A DNA stretch of 64,000 bases from Takakia lepidozioides (taxonomy: Eukaryota; Plantae; Bryophyta): NCBI GenBank assembly GCA_030704615.1, contig CM060733.1:29574001-29638000 (forward strand). The letters run 5' to 3'. The notes below the pieces were generated by a model that saw only the letters and a list, made by a program, of their open reading frames with translations, was not told the origin of the DNA and did not search any database. The translations under genes were made by a program, and so were the position numbers. Of the stretch, positions 23,070 through 35,223 are shown piece after piece (the stretch's first letter is position 1; every line of letters begins with the position of its first letter).

Positions 23070-25680
23070 GGAGAGTGCCCGTTGTGTGGGCAACCTGAAG
23101 ACATTTTCATTTCCCGATTCATTGTCCGGGGTTCTCTCACCAGAGAGACGCTCTCTTCAAATCTATCAAGGGAATTGTGCCTGTACCTCTGTTTACCAAC
23201 TTCGAAAGTCTCGAGGCTGAGCCAAAGCCCAGGCCCTTTTGGGGCCTAGTTATTGGACAAACCACACACAGCAGGTTGATGCTTGTGTAAAGGGATTTCT
23301 AGAGGACATCTGGAAAACCCGGATCAATTGTTTATTCCAAGGTAAGTCTTACTACCGGCGCCAGCCACTGACAAAGGTAGGTTCCGTCCCTTTGTGTTCC
23401 GCTCCAACTGGGCGCGGGGTCCATGGCCACAAGGCTATGGCAAACAACGTCTTATGAGTACATTCTCTCTCTCTAACATCAGTAAATGTGCAGTGGTGGC
23501 ATTCAACGACCGAGGGGAGGGAGGAGGTGATCTCAAGTAGCAGTGGGGAAGCCAAGAGATACCAGTAGGGATCAACTCTGAAGTAAAAAATAACATGCAT
23601 TGCTGCGTTATTGGGCCTGCCTTGGAGTACGCATCTGCAGCATGGGTTGATGACTCCAACCAGGCTAAGTCTCTAGAATCCATTCAAGTGGGGGTGCTTA
23701 AGGAGTGCATGTCAGCATACTCCAAAACAGCCAACGTGGCTGTTAGGGGTGAGTTTGACATCCCTTCCTTGAGCTCCCAACGAGATGAATTCAAGGTCAG
23801 ATGGTGGGGTCAGCTGCAACATATGTAAAATATAAGATATCCTAAGTTAGTCGACTCTATACATTGGAAGCAGGATCGCCTCCTGTCAAACAGGCTGAGT
23901 CCTGGCGGAAGAGAGTAGAAGAGATTCTCAAGGATCTGAATCTAAGCCCGCAAGTCTTGACCCTGCTGGATAAATCTGACTTGAGGCTGTAGTCCAAAGC
24001 CATCTCTGTTGCCAGGAAATTGTCTGATGAAAACAAAGTTAGGCAGAAAGCTTCCCTGAACTTGTTTCCAGTCTGTTACATGGGAGAGGCCATCATGGAT
24101 GACCTCAAGGGTTTACCCACCATCGGCACTAGACTGGAATTTAAACTCAGGGCGGGAAGCCTACCTTTGAGCAGCAAACAGACGCAGAGAGGAAAAGAGG
24201 ATTCATTCGTTATGGTGTGGGCAACCTGAAGACAATATTCATTTTCTGATTCATTCTCCTGGGTACTCTCATGAGTGAGACGCCCTCTTCAAATCCATCA
24301 AGGAAATTCTGCTCGAACCTCTATTTACCAGCTTAGAAAGTCTCGAGGTTGAGCCAAAAGCCCAGGCCCTTTTGGGGCCTAGTTATTGGGCAAACCACAC
24401 ACAGCAGATTGATGCTTGTGTGAAGGGATTTCTAGAGGATATCTGGAAAACTCGGATTAATAGTCTGTTCCAAGGTTAGTCATACCACCGGCATCAGCCC
24501 CTGACAAAGGTAGTCTCTGTCCTTTTGTGTTCCGCTCAAACTGAGCACAGGGTAAATGGCCACAAGGCTACTGCAAACAACATCTTATGAGTACATTCTC
24601 TCTCTCTTTCTCTCTCTCTTGGCAATGCATTGGGTCGCACTAGAGGGATCAACTCTGAAGTCAAACAACCATGCTTTTCTGGCTATTAAGTCCTACCTTG
24701 GAGTACGCATCTGCTGTGTGGGTAGATAACTCCACCAGCTAAGTCCCTCAGATCCATTCAAGCGGGGTGCTCAGGAGTGCATGTCAGCATTCTCCAAGAC
24801 AACTAATGTGGCTATTCGGGGTGAGTTAGGCCTTCCTCCCTTAAGCTCCCGACACGATCAACTCAAGGTCAGATGGTGGGGTCAGCTGCAACGTATGACT
24901 AATAGCAGATATCCTAAGTCAATCGACTCTATATCTTGGACGCAGGAGCGCCCTATCAAACAGGCTAAGTCCTGGCGGAAGAGGGTAGAAGAGATTCTCA
25001 AGGATCTGAATCTAAGTCCGCAAGCCATGACCCTGTTGGATAAATCTGACTTAGAGGCTGAACTTTCCAAAGCCATGTCTGTTGCCACGAAATTGTCTGA
25101 TGAAAATGAAGTTAGGCAGAAAAACTTCCTGAACCTGTTTCCAGTCTGTGACAGGGGCGAGGTGAATCTGGATGACCTCGAGGGTTTACCCACTCTCGGC
25201 ACTAAACTGAAAGTCAAACTCAGGGCGGGTAGCACCTTTGAACAGCAAACATTGCATAAGGACAGGGGGATTGTCCGGGTAGTTTCTGTCCCTTTGTGTT
25301 CGGCTCAAACTGGGCGCCAGGTTTATGGCCACAAGGATACGCCAAACAACGTCTTATGAGTACATTCTCTTCTCTTGAGTCTACTCTCTCTTTTTGATTT
25401 GTTCTAGCAAACACCCAAACCCTACTTATCAGGTTCTTGTACCATCCACAGGGAATCATAGGCGAATGGTCCTTGGAGAGAAGAGATGAACATTTCCCAA
25501 CAAAGCCTTGCATTCTTGCTGTCTGCTTCTCTCTGTAATCTAACTGGAATTCACCTTTTTTCCTCCATTGCCCCACCTTTGACTGGAGTCTGAAAAGGAT
25601 TCTTTCCAAGGCTTCTCATCATCTCTGTCCTCTGTTTTTGGATACTTTCCTGTTGCCACTTTGGCAGTACCATGTCACAA
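21860..25680 (-). pseudogene. PDF-motif (OSB-like) + PLS-PPR pseudogene, copy 2, interrupted by a stack of LINE fragments
   Basis: Exon ~25680-25555 (RDDEKPWKESFSDSSQRWGNGGKK|gt), exon 22924-22855 (MNKEQLWQEFFSDPSQWWDN), exon 22612-22443 (SSPRSADFRHKCTNEVLWIEGWSNPTWVKTKL). PPR remnant ~22260-21860 (ALQVFDKMPQRDVFTWTTMISGYAKHG...EAIEIYEQMQRECVTP). Stops and frameshifts are present. Confidence 0.8.
23039..25375 (+). mobile_element. Three head-to-tail 5'-truncated copies of the (TC)n-tailed LINE (~23068-23475, 23476-24620, 24621-25370), starting at a (CT)14 run
   Basis: Each copy matches part of 48485-49730 and ends AAACAAC(G/A)TCTTATGAGTACATTCTC(TC)n. Each copy starts right after the preceding TC tract. 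Confidence 0.9.
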
Positions 25681-26184
25681 TCAATCCAACCCACCATCGA
25701 TCCACCCAACAAGCTACCATGCGAAATTCAACATGAAAAATTAGGGACGACGCTGAAAGAGGGAAAACAGGCCATGGCATTGCGTTAAGAAGGGTGCCCT
25801 CGACACCGCATTATCCTTGACCTTGTGTCGTGAAAGCAGCTAGCTTTCTTCCCCCAACGGAGAATTCAAAAACAGTTTCTTGCAGAGCATACCGAGATTC
25901 TGACTTGCCTAAACAACTTGTACAATGCAATGAATACATGTTTGAATGGCATCCCTGAACCTCACACACTACATTCACTAATAACTTACGCTGCTACCGA
26001 ATCCAATACTCACCTACTCTTCTTCTTCTTTGTAGAACAGAGGGTAAAGTAGCCCTCGACGGTTGGAAAAATTCTAGCGACGACCACTGAAGGTTGGAGA
26101 CTAGTTTTAGCGTAGAGCATGAACAGGGTGCCATAGTGCCACGTCATCGTCGTCAGCCATTTGGAACCTACCCGAAATGCCCGA

Positions 26185-28188
26185 AAACGAGACCACATCC
26201 CGCTAACCGTTTGTCGAGACTCCACACATCCACTATACTCCCACATTTGGCATACGTGTCAATAAGGTTTACTACACATTAACATCTGGTGCAATTCCAG
26301 CTTTGATGATGTCAGCATGGACCTGCTTGCCAATTAGGCTAGCACACTCATTGAGAACAGAAACGAAAGTGCTCCCGTTGGGCATCACCCGATCTTGTTG
26401 CATTCTCTCATACATTTTGAGAGCATCATCACCTTTGCCATGGTGTGCATATCCTGTGATCATCACATCCCATGAGACCACATCTCGTTTGGCCATTCTG
26501 TCGAACACTTGACGCGCTTCCATTAGGCTCCCGCATTTCGAATATGTGTCAACAAGGCTATTCTCCAAAATAATGTCTGAAGCAATTCCAGCTTTCAGAG
26601 CTTCAATGTAGCATGGACCTGTTTGCCCTTTTCCAGGACTTGTAGGCTAGCACATGCATTGAGAGCGCTTGTATGTGACTCTGTCAGCTGTCACCCCTTC
26701 TGATCGCATTTTCTCATAGATTTTGAGAGCCTCTTCACCATGTCCACACTGAGCATCTCCTGAGATCATCGCATTCCAAGAGACCACATCTCGTTTGGCC
26801 ATTTTTGCAAACACTTGAGTGCTACCTCCTTGTGCTCCCACATTTGGCATATGTGTCAATTAGGGCATTCTCTAAATTGATGTATGATGGAATTTCAGAT
26901 TTGAAGATATCAGCATGGACCTGCTTGACCTTTTCCAGTCTCCTCGGTTGGCACATGCATTCAAACAACAAATTGTAAGTGACCCTGTCAGGAGTCACCC
27001 CTTTGCATTGCATTTGCTCATAGATCTTGAAAGCCGCCTTGGCATGGTTGTGCTTGGACTATCCTACATCAGCAATTCCAGTGAAATATTTCGTTCATGC
27101 ATTTTCTCAAACCCTTGTCGTGCATCTGACATCTTCCCACACTTTGCATACATGTGGACAAGGGTGTTGCCTAATAAAATGCTTGGCTTCAATCCACTTC
27201 CGAGAATGTTGGAATGCACCTGCTTCCCAAATGCCAGGGCTTTCATGTTGGTGCAAACGCTGCAAGATAAGGACATAACTTTTGGAGTCTGCTGGAACGA
27301 ATCCTTGGTTCAGTATGTGCAGTGCCTCATTCAGCCTTCCCTCCTTACACACTGCTCTCACGCCAGCCCGGCTGGCAGCCTGGTGCCCATCCCCGTTGTA
27401 ACGATGTACCCCTGCCATCCTAAGTGACTCCCAACTCCTAGTCACGAACTTTGCTCCAAAACATATGAGAGTTTCTACATACTTTAAAGTAAGATCTCTT
27501 TAGGAGCACAAGCATGTAACAGGGTTACGTGCTGACCTGGCCATCCACTTGAAAAGAAACTATCATTCTAATCTGTTCAAGTTGAAACATTGCAATCATC
27601 TATCGTGGAACGATACCTGTTGTACTCTGTGCCTAGAGGTCCATTGTGCATACCACCATTAAATTGTGAGTGACCTTGTGTCATAGCAGATACCTCTGCT
27701 CTCGCCCAAAGAGGGTTTGACCGACTCTCCAACCATTGAGCATCCTTCGTACACTTCTCTTTGAAGTCTGGATATTTTGAAATCTGTGAAAAACAGTGTG
27801 CAGCTGAGCAGCCACACTTTCAAGTTTCTTTCAACCAGTGTCGAAGTACATGCCCTTCAAAACGCATGAACGACTCCTGATACCAACAAATAGAACCACT
27901 TTGAATTATTTAAGAACAGAAAGCAAGGTGAGCCACACCCTCATTTGTCCTGGTTTGAATGCTCATTAAAGTGCTTTTATTTCTTTCACCCACAAAAAAG
28001 CCAAGATAGTCCAATCTCTATAAGCCCCTGTGATTAAATCAAGCCCACAAAACATAATACAAGCTTTGACGAAGGCCCTCTTTGACACACCCTTCAGTTG
28101 ATAGCCTCACCTTCACAAACTTGTTCTCGCAGCGCTGTGAAGGATCTGGAGCGCTCCTGCCAGAGTTGTTCTTTGCTCCATGATTGGC
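26185..28188 (-). pseudogene. PDF-motif (OSB-like) + PLS-PPR pseudogene, copy 1
   Basis: Exon 28188-28111 (KEQLWQE/DPSQRCENKFVK|gtgagg), exon 27783-27617 (ISKYPDFKEKCTKDAQWLESRSNPLWARAEVSAM). A frameshifted P-L-S array follows at ~27440-26185 (VRAVCKEGRLNEALHIL; GKQVHSNIL; LGNTLVHMYAKCGKMSDAR; RDVVSWNAMISG; ENSLVDTYSKCGSLMEARQVFDRM). Confidence 0.85.
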
Positions 28189-29818
28189 CTGTTTCCCCAA
28201 AACTGCCAGAACATGAGATTTTTGCCCACTTCGAATTGACTCCTATCTTTGTGGACCAGTGATAGTGTAGCTTTGGGTAACATTTATTTAACTCAATCAA
28301 GTCTTCTACGTAAAATGAGAAAACAGATTTTTTTCTCAACTTGCTGAAGGAGCTCAATATGGAGGCCACTCTTCAAGCTTGAGAACCTAGTTCTTTTTTA
28401 AATCATCAGGACCTAAGGACGAAAATCCGTGGCAGACCCGTTGCAGTGGTAGGATTACACTTGGTTTGCCTGCATTCAAGGACCATCTATAACATAAAGT
28501 TCTAGCAGAATGTATTCGCACGGCTTTCATTGAAGAATCATAGTGGTAGGCATCCACAAGCCAATTGTTTCTCTTCCCTTCTTTCCGGCCTTTCCCATTT
28601 GCAAGGGTGAAGTTGGATGGCTTTTCACTGCTCTGGAGGGACCACAGCAGTATCTGGCTGCCCTTGAAATTCACACCTACTGCCTTTTCAGTGTGGGAAG
28701 GCAGTAACAAAATTATTAGCACCTTTTGGAACTTCAGGCAGAACATCTGCTGTTATGGACAAGCGCTCTCGTACCAATGAAAAGAACAGGGTCGACGTAT
28801 CCTCCTGAACGCATTATCTTATGGCCATGCAAATGTCTGTCCAGGGAATAAATATCTCTCTCTCAGAGCAACGAATGCAGAAAAACCGTACCAGAAATTC
28901 CGGCAGCTGACACGGTTGGACAAGGGTCATTCTCGCCCTCCTGTTCATCCCTTGTTAGACCATCCTCTAAACGTGTTCGGCCAAAATGGATCGTTCTGCC
29001 ATTATATGTGAGGGATAGTTTTGAGCTTGTCTGGCTCCGCCGCAGGGTACACGTGACCATGGCTCTCCCTGAAGATCTTCTTGCCAATTTATCTATGTCA
29101 TGATGGCTGGTTTCCCTGCAGGATCACGGACGATTCTGACTTTCTCTATAAATGTGCTCCTCTGTTTGCAGGTAGCTGGAGCACTTTGGAGCCATGGAGC
29201 ACTTAACAAGCATTCTTATATCTAAGAGGCTTCATTACCACAATAATCCTTTTTCGAGGAAGTACTGTTTCAAAGAAAACACACCACTGTGCTCACAACA
29301 GCAAGACATGGCAGCACTCTCTAGATATTCAGTTTCTATGGCGCGACTGACATCGTTCTTACCACAAAACTCCCAGATTTTCCATTGGGCACCACAGAGT
29401 TTCCCTTGAACGACAATGCCAGCAATATTGGGGGTTTCACAAATGTTAGGATAATAACTCTGCCCGCAAAGGAAGGTAGGCAGTGTGCGCGGGAATTGAA
29501 GGAGCAGCTCTGGGAGGCATTCGCGACGAGCGAAGCAGAGAAGAGCGGAGGGGCAGAGTGCTATCGTAAATGCAAGATCTTTGAGGCCTTCCAAGGTCAC
29601 AATTTTCTCAGATGGACTCCATCCAGATCTCATGTGCCGAAATGAGCCTTGTCCCAAATCTCAAGGACACCCTCAAATATCAGGTTTTTAGCCTTCTCTC
29701 GCCCTCTATTCACGCTAAAACTGGCAGCAGCTGGACAGGGAAAACATTGAAGACAACTGAGAAGAGATTTATAGAGCTCTGGCATGCACGCGGCGGTGAG
29801 GACAAGGGAGAGTACCTT

Positions 29819-30058
29819 GCACCACGGTAGCTCAGTTGGATAGAGCACTGAGTGCCACCCAGGTGATTCTGGGTTCAAATCCTGTCACCTTGTTGGGTGT
29901 GGTATGTTCTCCTCCCCATTCCCTTGGGTGGTTTTCCTAGAGTCTTGTGCTCGGCGCCTCATGGCGAGGTTAGTATGAAAGAGGTTATTTTCTCCTCTGG
30001 CATGATTTGTGAGCGGTTGCTCAGGGTATTTTTTCCTTTTTTTAGATATTAAAAAAAA
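29819..30058 (+). mobile_element. tRNA-Gly(GCC)-derived SINE candidate or tRNA pseudogene
   Basis: GCACCAC start, A-box TAGCTCAGTTGG (29828-29839), TGCCAC anticodon loop and B-box GGTTCAAATCC (29872-29882). The acceptor stem cannot be closed. A ~150-bp body follows, ending in T/A-rich runs. Confidence 0.6.
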
Positions 30059-30199
30059 GCTTGTAGAGTGAATTTCTTTTTCCAAAAATAAAGAAGTCTT
30101 TTCATTGGCATGTTAGGGTTCAACTCAACGTTCAAACCCCTGCCATATGTTTTATTTCTATTCTTATTGGCCCGCAAGGGATGGAGGCATTGTGGAGAC

Positions 30200-31962
30200 C
30201 AATGTTGGACGGTATATAGGTCCAACACGGGTATCAATACTGATATCAATCCGGGTAGGTAATACCAACCCCGTTGGTTGGTAGGGTGGCGTGGACAATA
30301 CTATACTAGGAGCAATACATACTTTCCTCCATAATTTGGTATATACCATACCGTCTGGTATTGTGATGGACAAGATTGGTATCGATACCAGTATTGTTGC
30401 TATGTGAGCCTCCAAAGGCGCAGTAGGTGTATGTGTGGAGTTAGGGCAAGGGAATTCAAGGGCATTTATGGCATCTGTTTTATACTCAATGTGCAATGCA
30501 GTCTGCCCTGGATAAATGTTACCTCTATAAACGTTAAACTACCATAAATGTTGAGAAAATTTTACTCCCATGCTTGTGCACATTAGCAAATGTTAATTGT
30601 TATTTGTTGGCTCTCTTCTATAGAAGAGAGACTTTGCAACATGTTGAAGTCAATGGAGAAAATATGGTCAAAGGACCTTACACCCTGTGAAGGCTCCAAT
30701 TGTTGTGTTGTGCTGAGTCATCCCCCTTATTAATCTCACTTCCCCTTATGTTTTGCCATTGCAAGAGAGCCCATTGGCGGTTGAGGCTTGTTAACAATTG
30801 TGTACTCCCCTCTTTGTAAATGCCCTCAATAAATGTTAAGTACACGATAAAGGCACATAATCAGGCATAAAGGCATATTATCATGCATTGTTGGAGGCAC
30901 ACATGGCTTTTGATAATCCCAGATTTGAATGAGGAGGGCTTTTGATAATCCCAAATTTGAATGAGGTGTCACATGATGAAGATCTCGATGAGGTCACTAC
31001 CCTGTTGAGGCAACTTTCCTTGGTCTCTGAAAATACTACTTCCCTAATTTACCGAATATGGATGCCCAAGAATTTGTCAATTATAAGGTTGAGTTTGATC
31101 TTAACAATCCTTATGAAGTTACCGAGGATGACATGTTGGAGTTGGTGGGTTCCGGGGGCTCTACATATGGTCAAGTTGATCAGGACGATGAGGAAGAACA
31201 CACACATGCCCTTGAAATTCCAGCCCCTGTAGCGTGCAAGGATGCCAAAATGGCCATAGCTACCATTTCTCAATATTTGGAACAAAGGCCTTATGACGTT
31301 ATGAAAACTATTTTAGCCATGAAACGCCTAGAGAAAGAAATCGAGGATATGTGATTCATATTTCTTGCCCATAACTGAATGACTCTATATATATATATAT
31401 ATTAATTGAATGACTCTATATAATTACATTTTGTTTCATAAGTGTTAATATCATAAATCTTATATTTGTTCAATGTTACCTTCTGTAAATGTTAATGTGT
31501 TAACCTCAAACCTTCATAACTGTTAATGTGTTAACCTTGTCTAAATGTTATTTTAACATTTATCCAGGGCAGACTGTATGCAAGAATACAGGTATGGTAT
31601 GGTGTATTTTTGCATGTGCAATGTATATAAGCAATGTATTTTTGTATGTGCATTGTGCTGTAATTGTGATCCATTATGAAGGTCAATTTTTTTCCTCAGC
31701 TTATTGGATATTTTCTTGAATATACTAAATATTTCATATACATACCCGGGGCAATATTCATAGTCCCCCCATATGAGATGGAGAAAAATAAATATTGATA
31801 CCCTACTGATATACATCCACAATTTTACGCTATTGATAACCCTCCTATACCCTACCCGCCCCGTACCCCAATACCAGGACCATACCAATGTTGGGAAATG
31901 TGGGCCCTTGTGATACCAGGACCAATGTGGTATCATATTTTTGTGATAACAGTCCAACACTG
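30200..31962. mobile_element. Non-autonomous hAT-type DNA transposon
   Basis: TIRs CAATGTTGGAC (30200) / GTCCAACACTG (ends 31962). 8-bp TSD GTGGAGAC / GTGGAGCC. GGTAT/ATACC-rich subterminal regions. Confidence 0.72.
30499..31576 (+). mobile_element. pogo/Tigger (Lemi1-like) deletion derivative nested in the hAT element
   Basis: Perfect 23-bp TIR CAGTCTGCCCTGGATAAATGTTA. TA on the right flank (TG on the left). ORF 31058-31354 (MDAQEFVNY...TEDDMLELV...DDEEE...KDAKMAIATISQYL) resembles the acidic C-terminus of pogo transposases. Confidence 0.82.
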
Positions 31963-32078
31963 GTGGAGCCATCTTGTATAGGCGGAGAACTAGGCTTATC
32001 CATTAAGCCTAGTCTATGGAGGGTTGATGGGACCCACAAGGGATAGAGGCATTGTGGAGAGATCTTGCCTAGGAAGAA

Positions 32079-35000
32079 CTAGAATGGAACCAACTCAATC
32101 CACTTGGAGAAGTGCTCCACCATCACCAACACATATCTGTGGTGGCGCATGGTCAGTGACAACGGTCCTGCAAAGTCAAGACTCCACCTGTAGCTCAATC
32201 CCATGATTGGTAAAGGATGCAACTGTGGTGTAGGGGCGTTGAATGAAGCACGCACCCTGTCACACACCATGCACCTAGCCACGAACTGTTGCACCTCTGT
32301 ATACATACCACGCCACCAATACTATCCATGCAGTAAACTGTGAGTGCGTCGCACTCCAAAATGCCCCAACTCCTCATGGGCATGCCGCACTAACCGTGCA
32401 CGCTGTGTGGGGTGAGGCACAATCCTCACCCGACCATCCTCCCATACTCGGAGCAGGTGTATCCCCTCCCACTTGAACCTCTCGGCTCGTTGCAGGATCC
32501 GATCCCTCTCCCTAGTAGTCACAGTGGTTGTCATGTCTCCCGTGCGGAGGTAGTCCAACACAGCTGAATCCTCATGTATATCTCTGGCACCACCTGGTTC
32601 ATCACTAGCCTCAGGGTCCTCAGACACTCCGTCTATAGTCATCCTTGTTGCATGTCCAACCTGACCTCCCGATGTCAAGATACACAAAAATGCAGATGCG
32701 TGCCATCCCGGCACCATCTCCTCGTCCGTCTCACCATGCCACCGAGCTCCAGTGTCATCCTGAGCTTCCGTAACCCCTTGGGTTACATTTATCAAGCGCC
32801 TCATGCGAGTGAAAACCTCCATCAAGCTCTCAGTCGACTTCCGTTGGAACTCTTGCAAGCTCCGCAACTTCTCTGTCCTCACCCCTTGGTAGTTCCCTCT
32901 CAACTCTTCGAAGAACTCCACAACAGGGTTGAAGGCAGACATGTGTACTGGTGCTGGTGCGGTAGTGGCTTGGGTGGACGTTGTAGCTACGGTACCACCA
33001 GTCCAACTAGTCCCACTGCTGCTTGCTGAAGCTGCCGGTGCAACGCAACGGCAGGTGTAGCCACTGCCCTCGTGACTCTAGTGCCCCTAGTGATAGAGAC
33101 ATAGGCGGCCCCTCAAGGTGCTGAAACATCCCCTTCCATGCCATGAAAGGCGTAAATAGTTGTGGATTGCGCATTTGCTGCAAATCACACCAACTATCAA
33201 ACTCTTGGATAAAATCATCCCAACTCGATGGTGCCCACCGCCCCAGAGTACCTTCATGGCCCCTTGGTAGCTCCATACATCTCCTCCATTGTGTCCCACA
33301 TCAATGGTAAGGAAACAACTTGCACCGCTGGTGTGAGTCCTCCTGATTCACAATCCGAATCAGAACCTTCCGTAGAAGACACAGGAGGTGAAGGTGGCCT
33401 AAACCGCACACCTCGTCTCGTGTACCCACTAGTATCGCTAGTGCTTGTACCGGCACTGTCCCCAGCAACTAGTGGCACCTTCGTGTTGACAAACTGTCAC
33501 TCAACCGGTCATGAACATGTCCCTAACACCCTCTCCACAAGGTAACCGGGTAGAGAACCTGTTACGGCTTATGGTTTGGAATACTAGGTTCCTAACATAG
33601 CCTACACCTGCACCTGCATCCACCTCAAGCACTCCTATGGTTGGCTGGTCAACACCTCCAACCTTACCACATGAGAAACAATGATGGTCTGACTGGTCAT
33701 CACCCCAGCCTCACCATTGACAACATGCTCTAGGACTGGCCGGTGATCAAATCCGGACCAATCACCTATAAAAACAAGCGCCCACACAAAACTAACATGG
33801 CGCACAGTCAAGCATGCAGGTATGGAGGGGATCCAAACACAAGAACTCAGAATGACAACTCCCCCACACCAAAAACAACTCCCTGGTGTTGCTTCTGCAA
33901 GGACAGCCCAACCCAAACCCGGACTGACTCTTGCCTCCACCTACGGAAAGATCTTGGCCTAATGAGAGGGTGGAAAACTATGAGGAAGAGAAGCTAAAGC
34001 AATGCCTAACCCCAGCATGCCCTCATCCCAACACTCTTTTTTTCATCTCTTCCCTCACTTGCATGACCATGGGAATATCATGAAGATACTCCTCAAACCG
34101 CCCTCCACGATCTTCAAAATTCGGCCTTTAAGACCACATGCCAGTCCTTAGGCAGTCCACCAGTGCCTCCACGAGTTAGCACAGGCCGTCCACAAGTCAA
34201 CACGGGCCACCACAGACCAGCACAAGCCCACACAGATCACTGGTCACAGCCGTCACAGCCCTACATAGGTCACAGGGTCACAGCCCCACAGGCCGGTGCA
34301 AGAGCTCTTCTTCCAAGCTCTGAAACCCTAGGTGCAGATTTCATGGCCTTGCCGCACCTCTTAGCTCATGTTCCAGCCCTGCTCTTGCCATGACAAGAGC
34401 CCTCTCAATGCTGAAGCTCCAGATTGAAACCCAATCTCAACATACTCCACAAAGTGCACTAATTTGCCCCAAGCCAAATCAGCCCTTCCGCTTGGTCTTC
34501 CAATCCTTCACACAATGAAAGCTCGCATTCCCAAGTCCAGTTCTCAGCTTTGCCACCAAAACCACTCTAACCTGCTCTTGACTGATCCTCTTCCCAATCG
34601 TGCTTGCTCATGCATGTGCACAATCTGAAACCATCAAGGTGCTCTGGAATTACCTGCAGCATGGTGTTTTCATCTCTGAAGCTGAAGATCGAATGCCAAG
34701 GTCTACTACCTCATAACCCACATCACCTCCGCTTGTAACAACCAAGAGCTCCACGGTACTCCTTGTATAACAACCTGGTTTCTTTCATTCTCAAGCAAAA
34801 ACCACAAGTGCTACAACTAATTCATATCTCGCACTCACAGATACGAGCTCATCTTTCTCGAGTGATAAAGATGAAGAATACAAGCACGAGCTCACAAAGC
34901 TGAAGCATAAACTCATGCATATATAACCTTATCACTCAAATACAAGTCAAGCCAAGTGCACCCCACGTCATGGGGAATCCACACTACGGCGCCATAGCTA

Positions 35001-35100
35001 GGTGCGGTGAGGCTCAACTCGATAAAGATGAGCCTCCCGCGCTTGCCGTGAAGATAACCACTCCAGGGCCTAAATATGCCTTGACCCCTGGATTGACACT
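32079..35100 (-). mobile_element. Internally deleted Ty3/Gypsy LTR-retrotransposon remnant (gag + integrase; probable LTR to the right of ~33560)
   Basis: Integrase H2C2 (HAHEELGHFGVRRT...CMVC) and core (WSLDFAGPL...LVMVEHFSKWIE). Gag-like EKLRSLQEFQRKSTESL...RMRRLI. The right boundary is uncertain. Confidence 0.8.
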
Positions 35101-35223
35101 TGGGCCAATCCCAAATGTCAATATATAAAAGCTAGCTATTTCCTAGCTAGTTTCACACTAGTGGTGAAATAACTTGACAAATGCCATGACAATAGCAATG
35201 GTTCGCTGATTTTGGAGCTCAAC

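Noticed and set aside
29819-29892. Functional tRNA-Gly gene
   Set aside because: The acceptor and anticodon stems do not pair properly, so it is treated as a SINE head or pseudogene.
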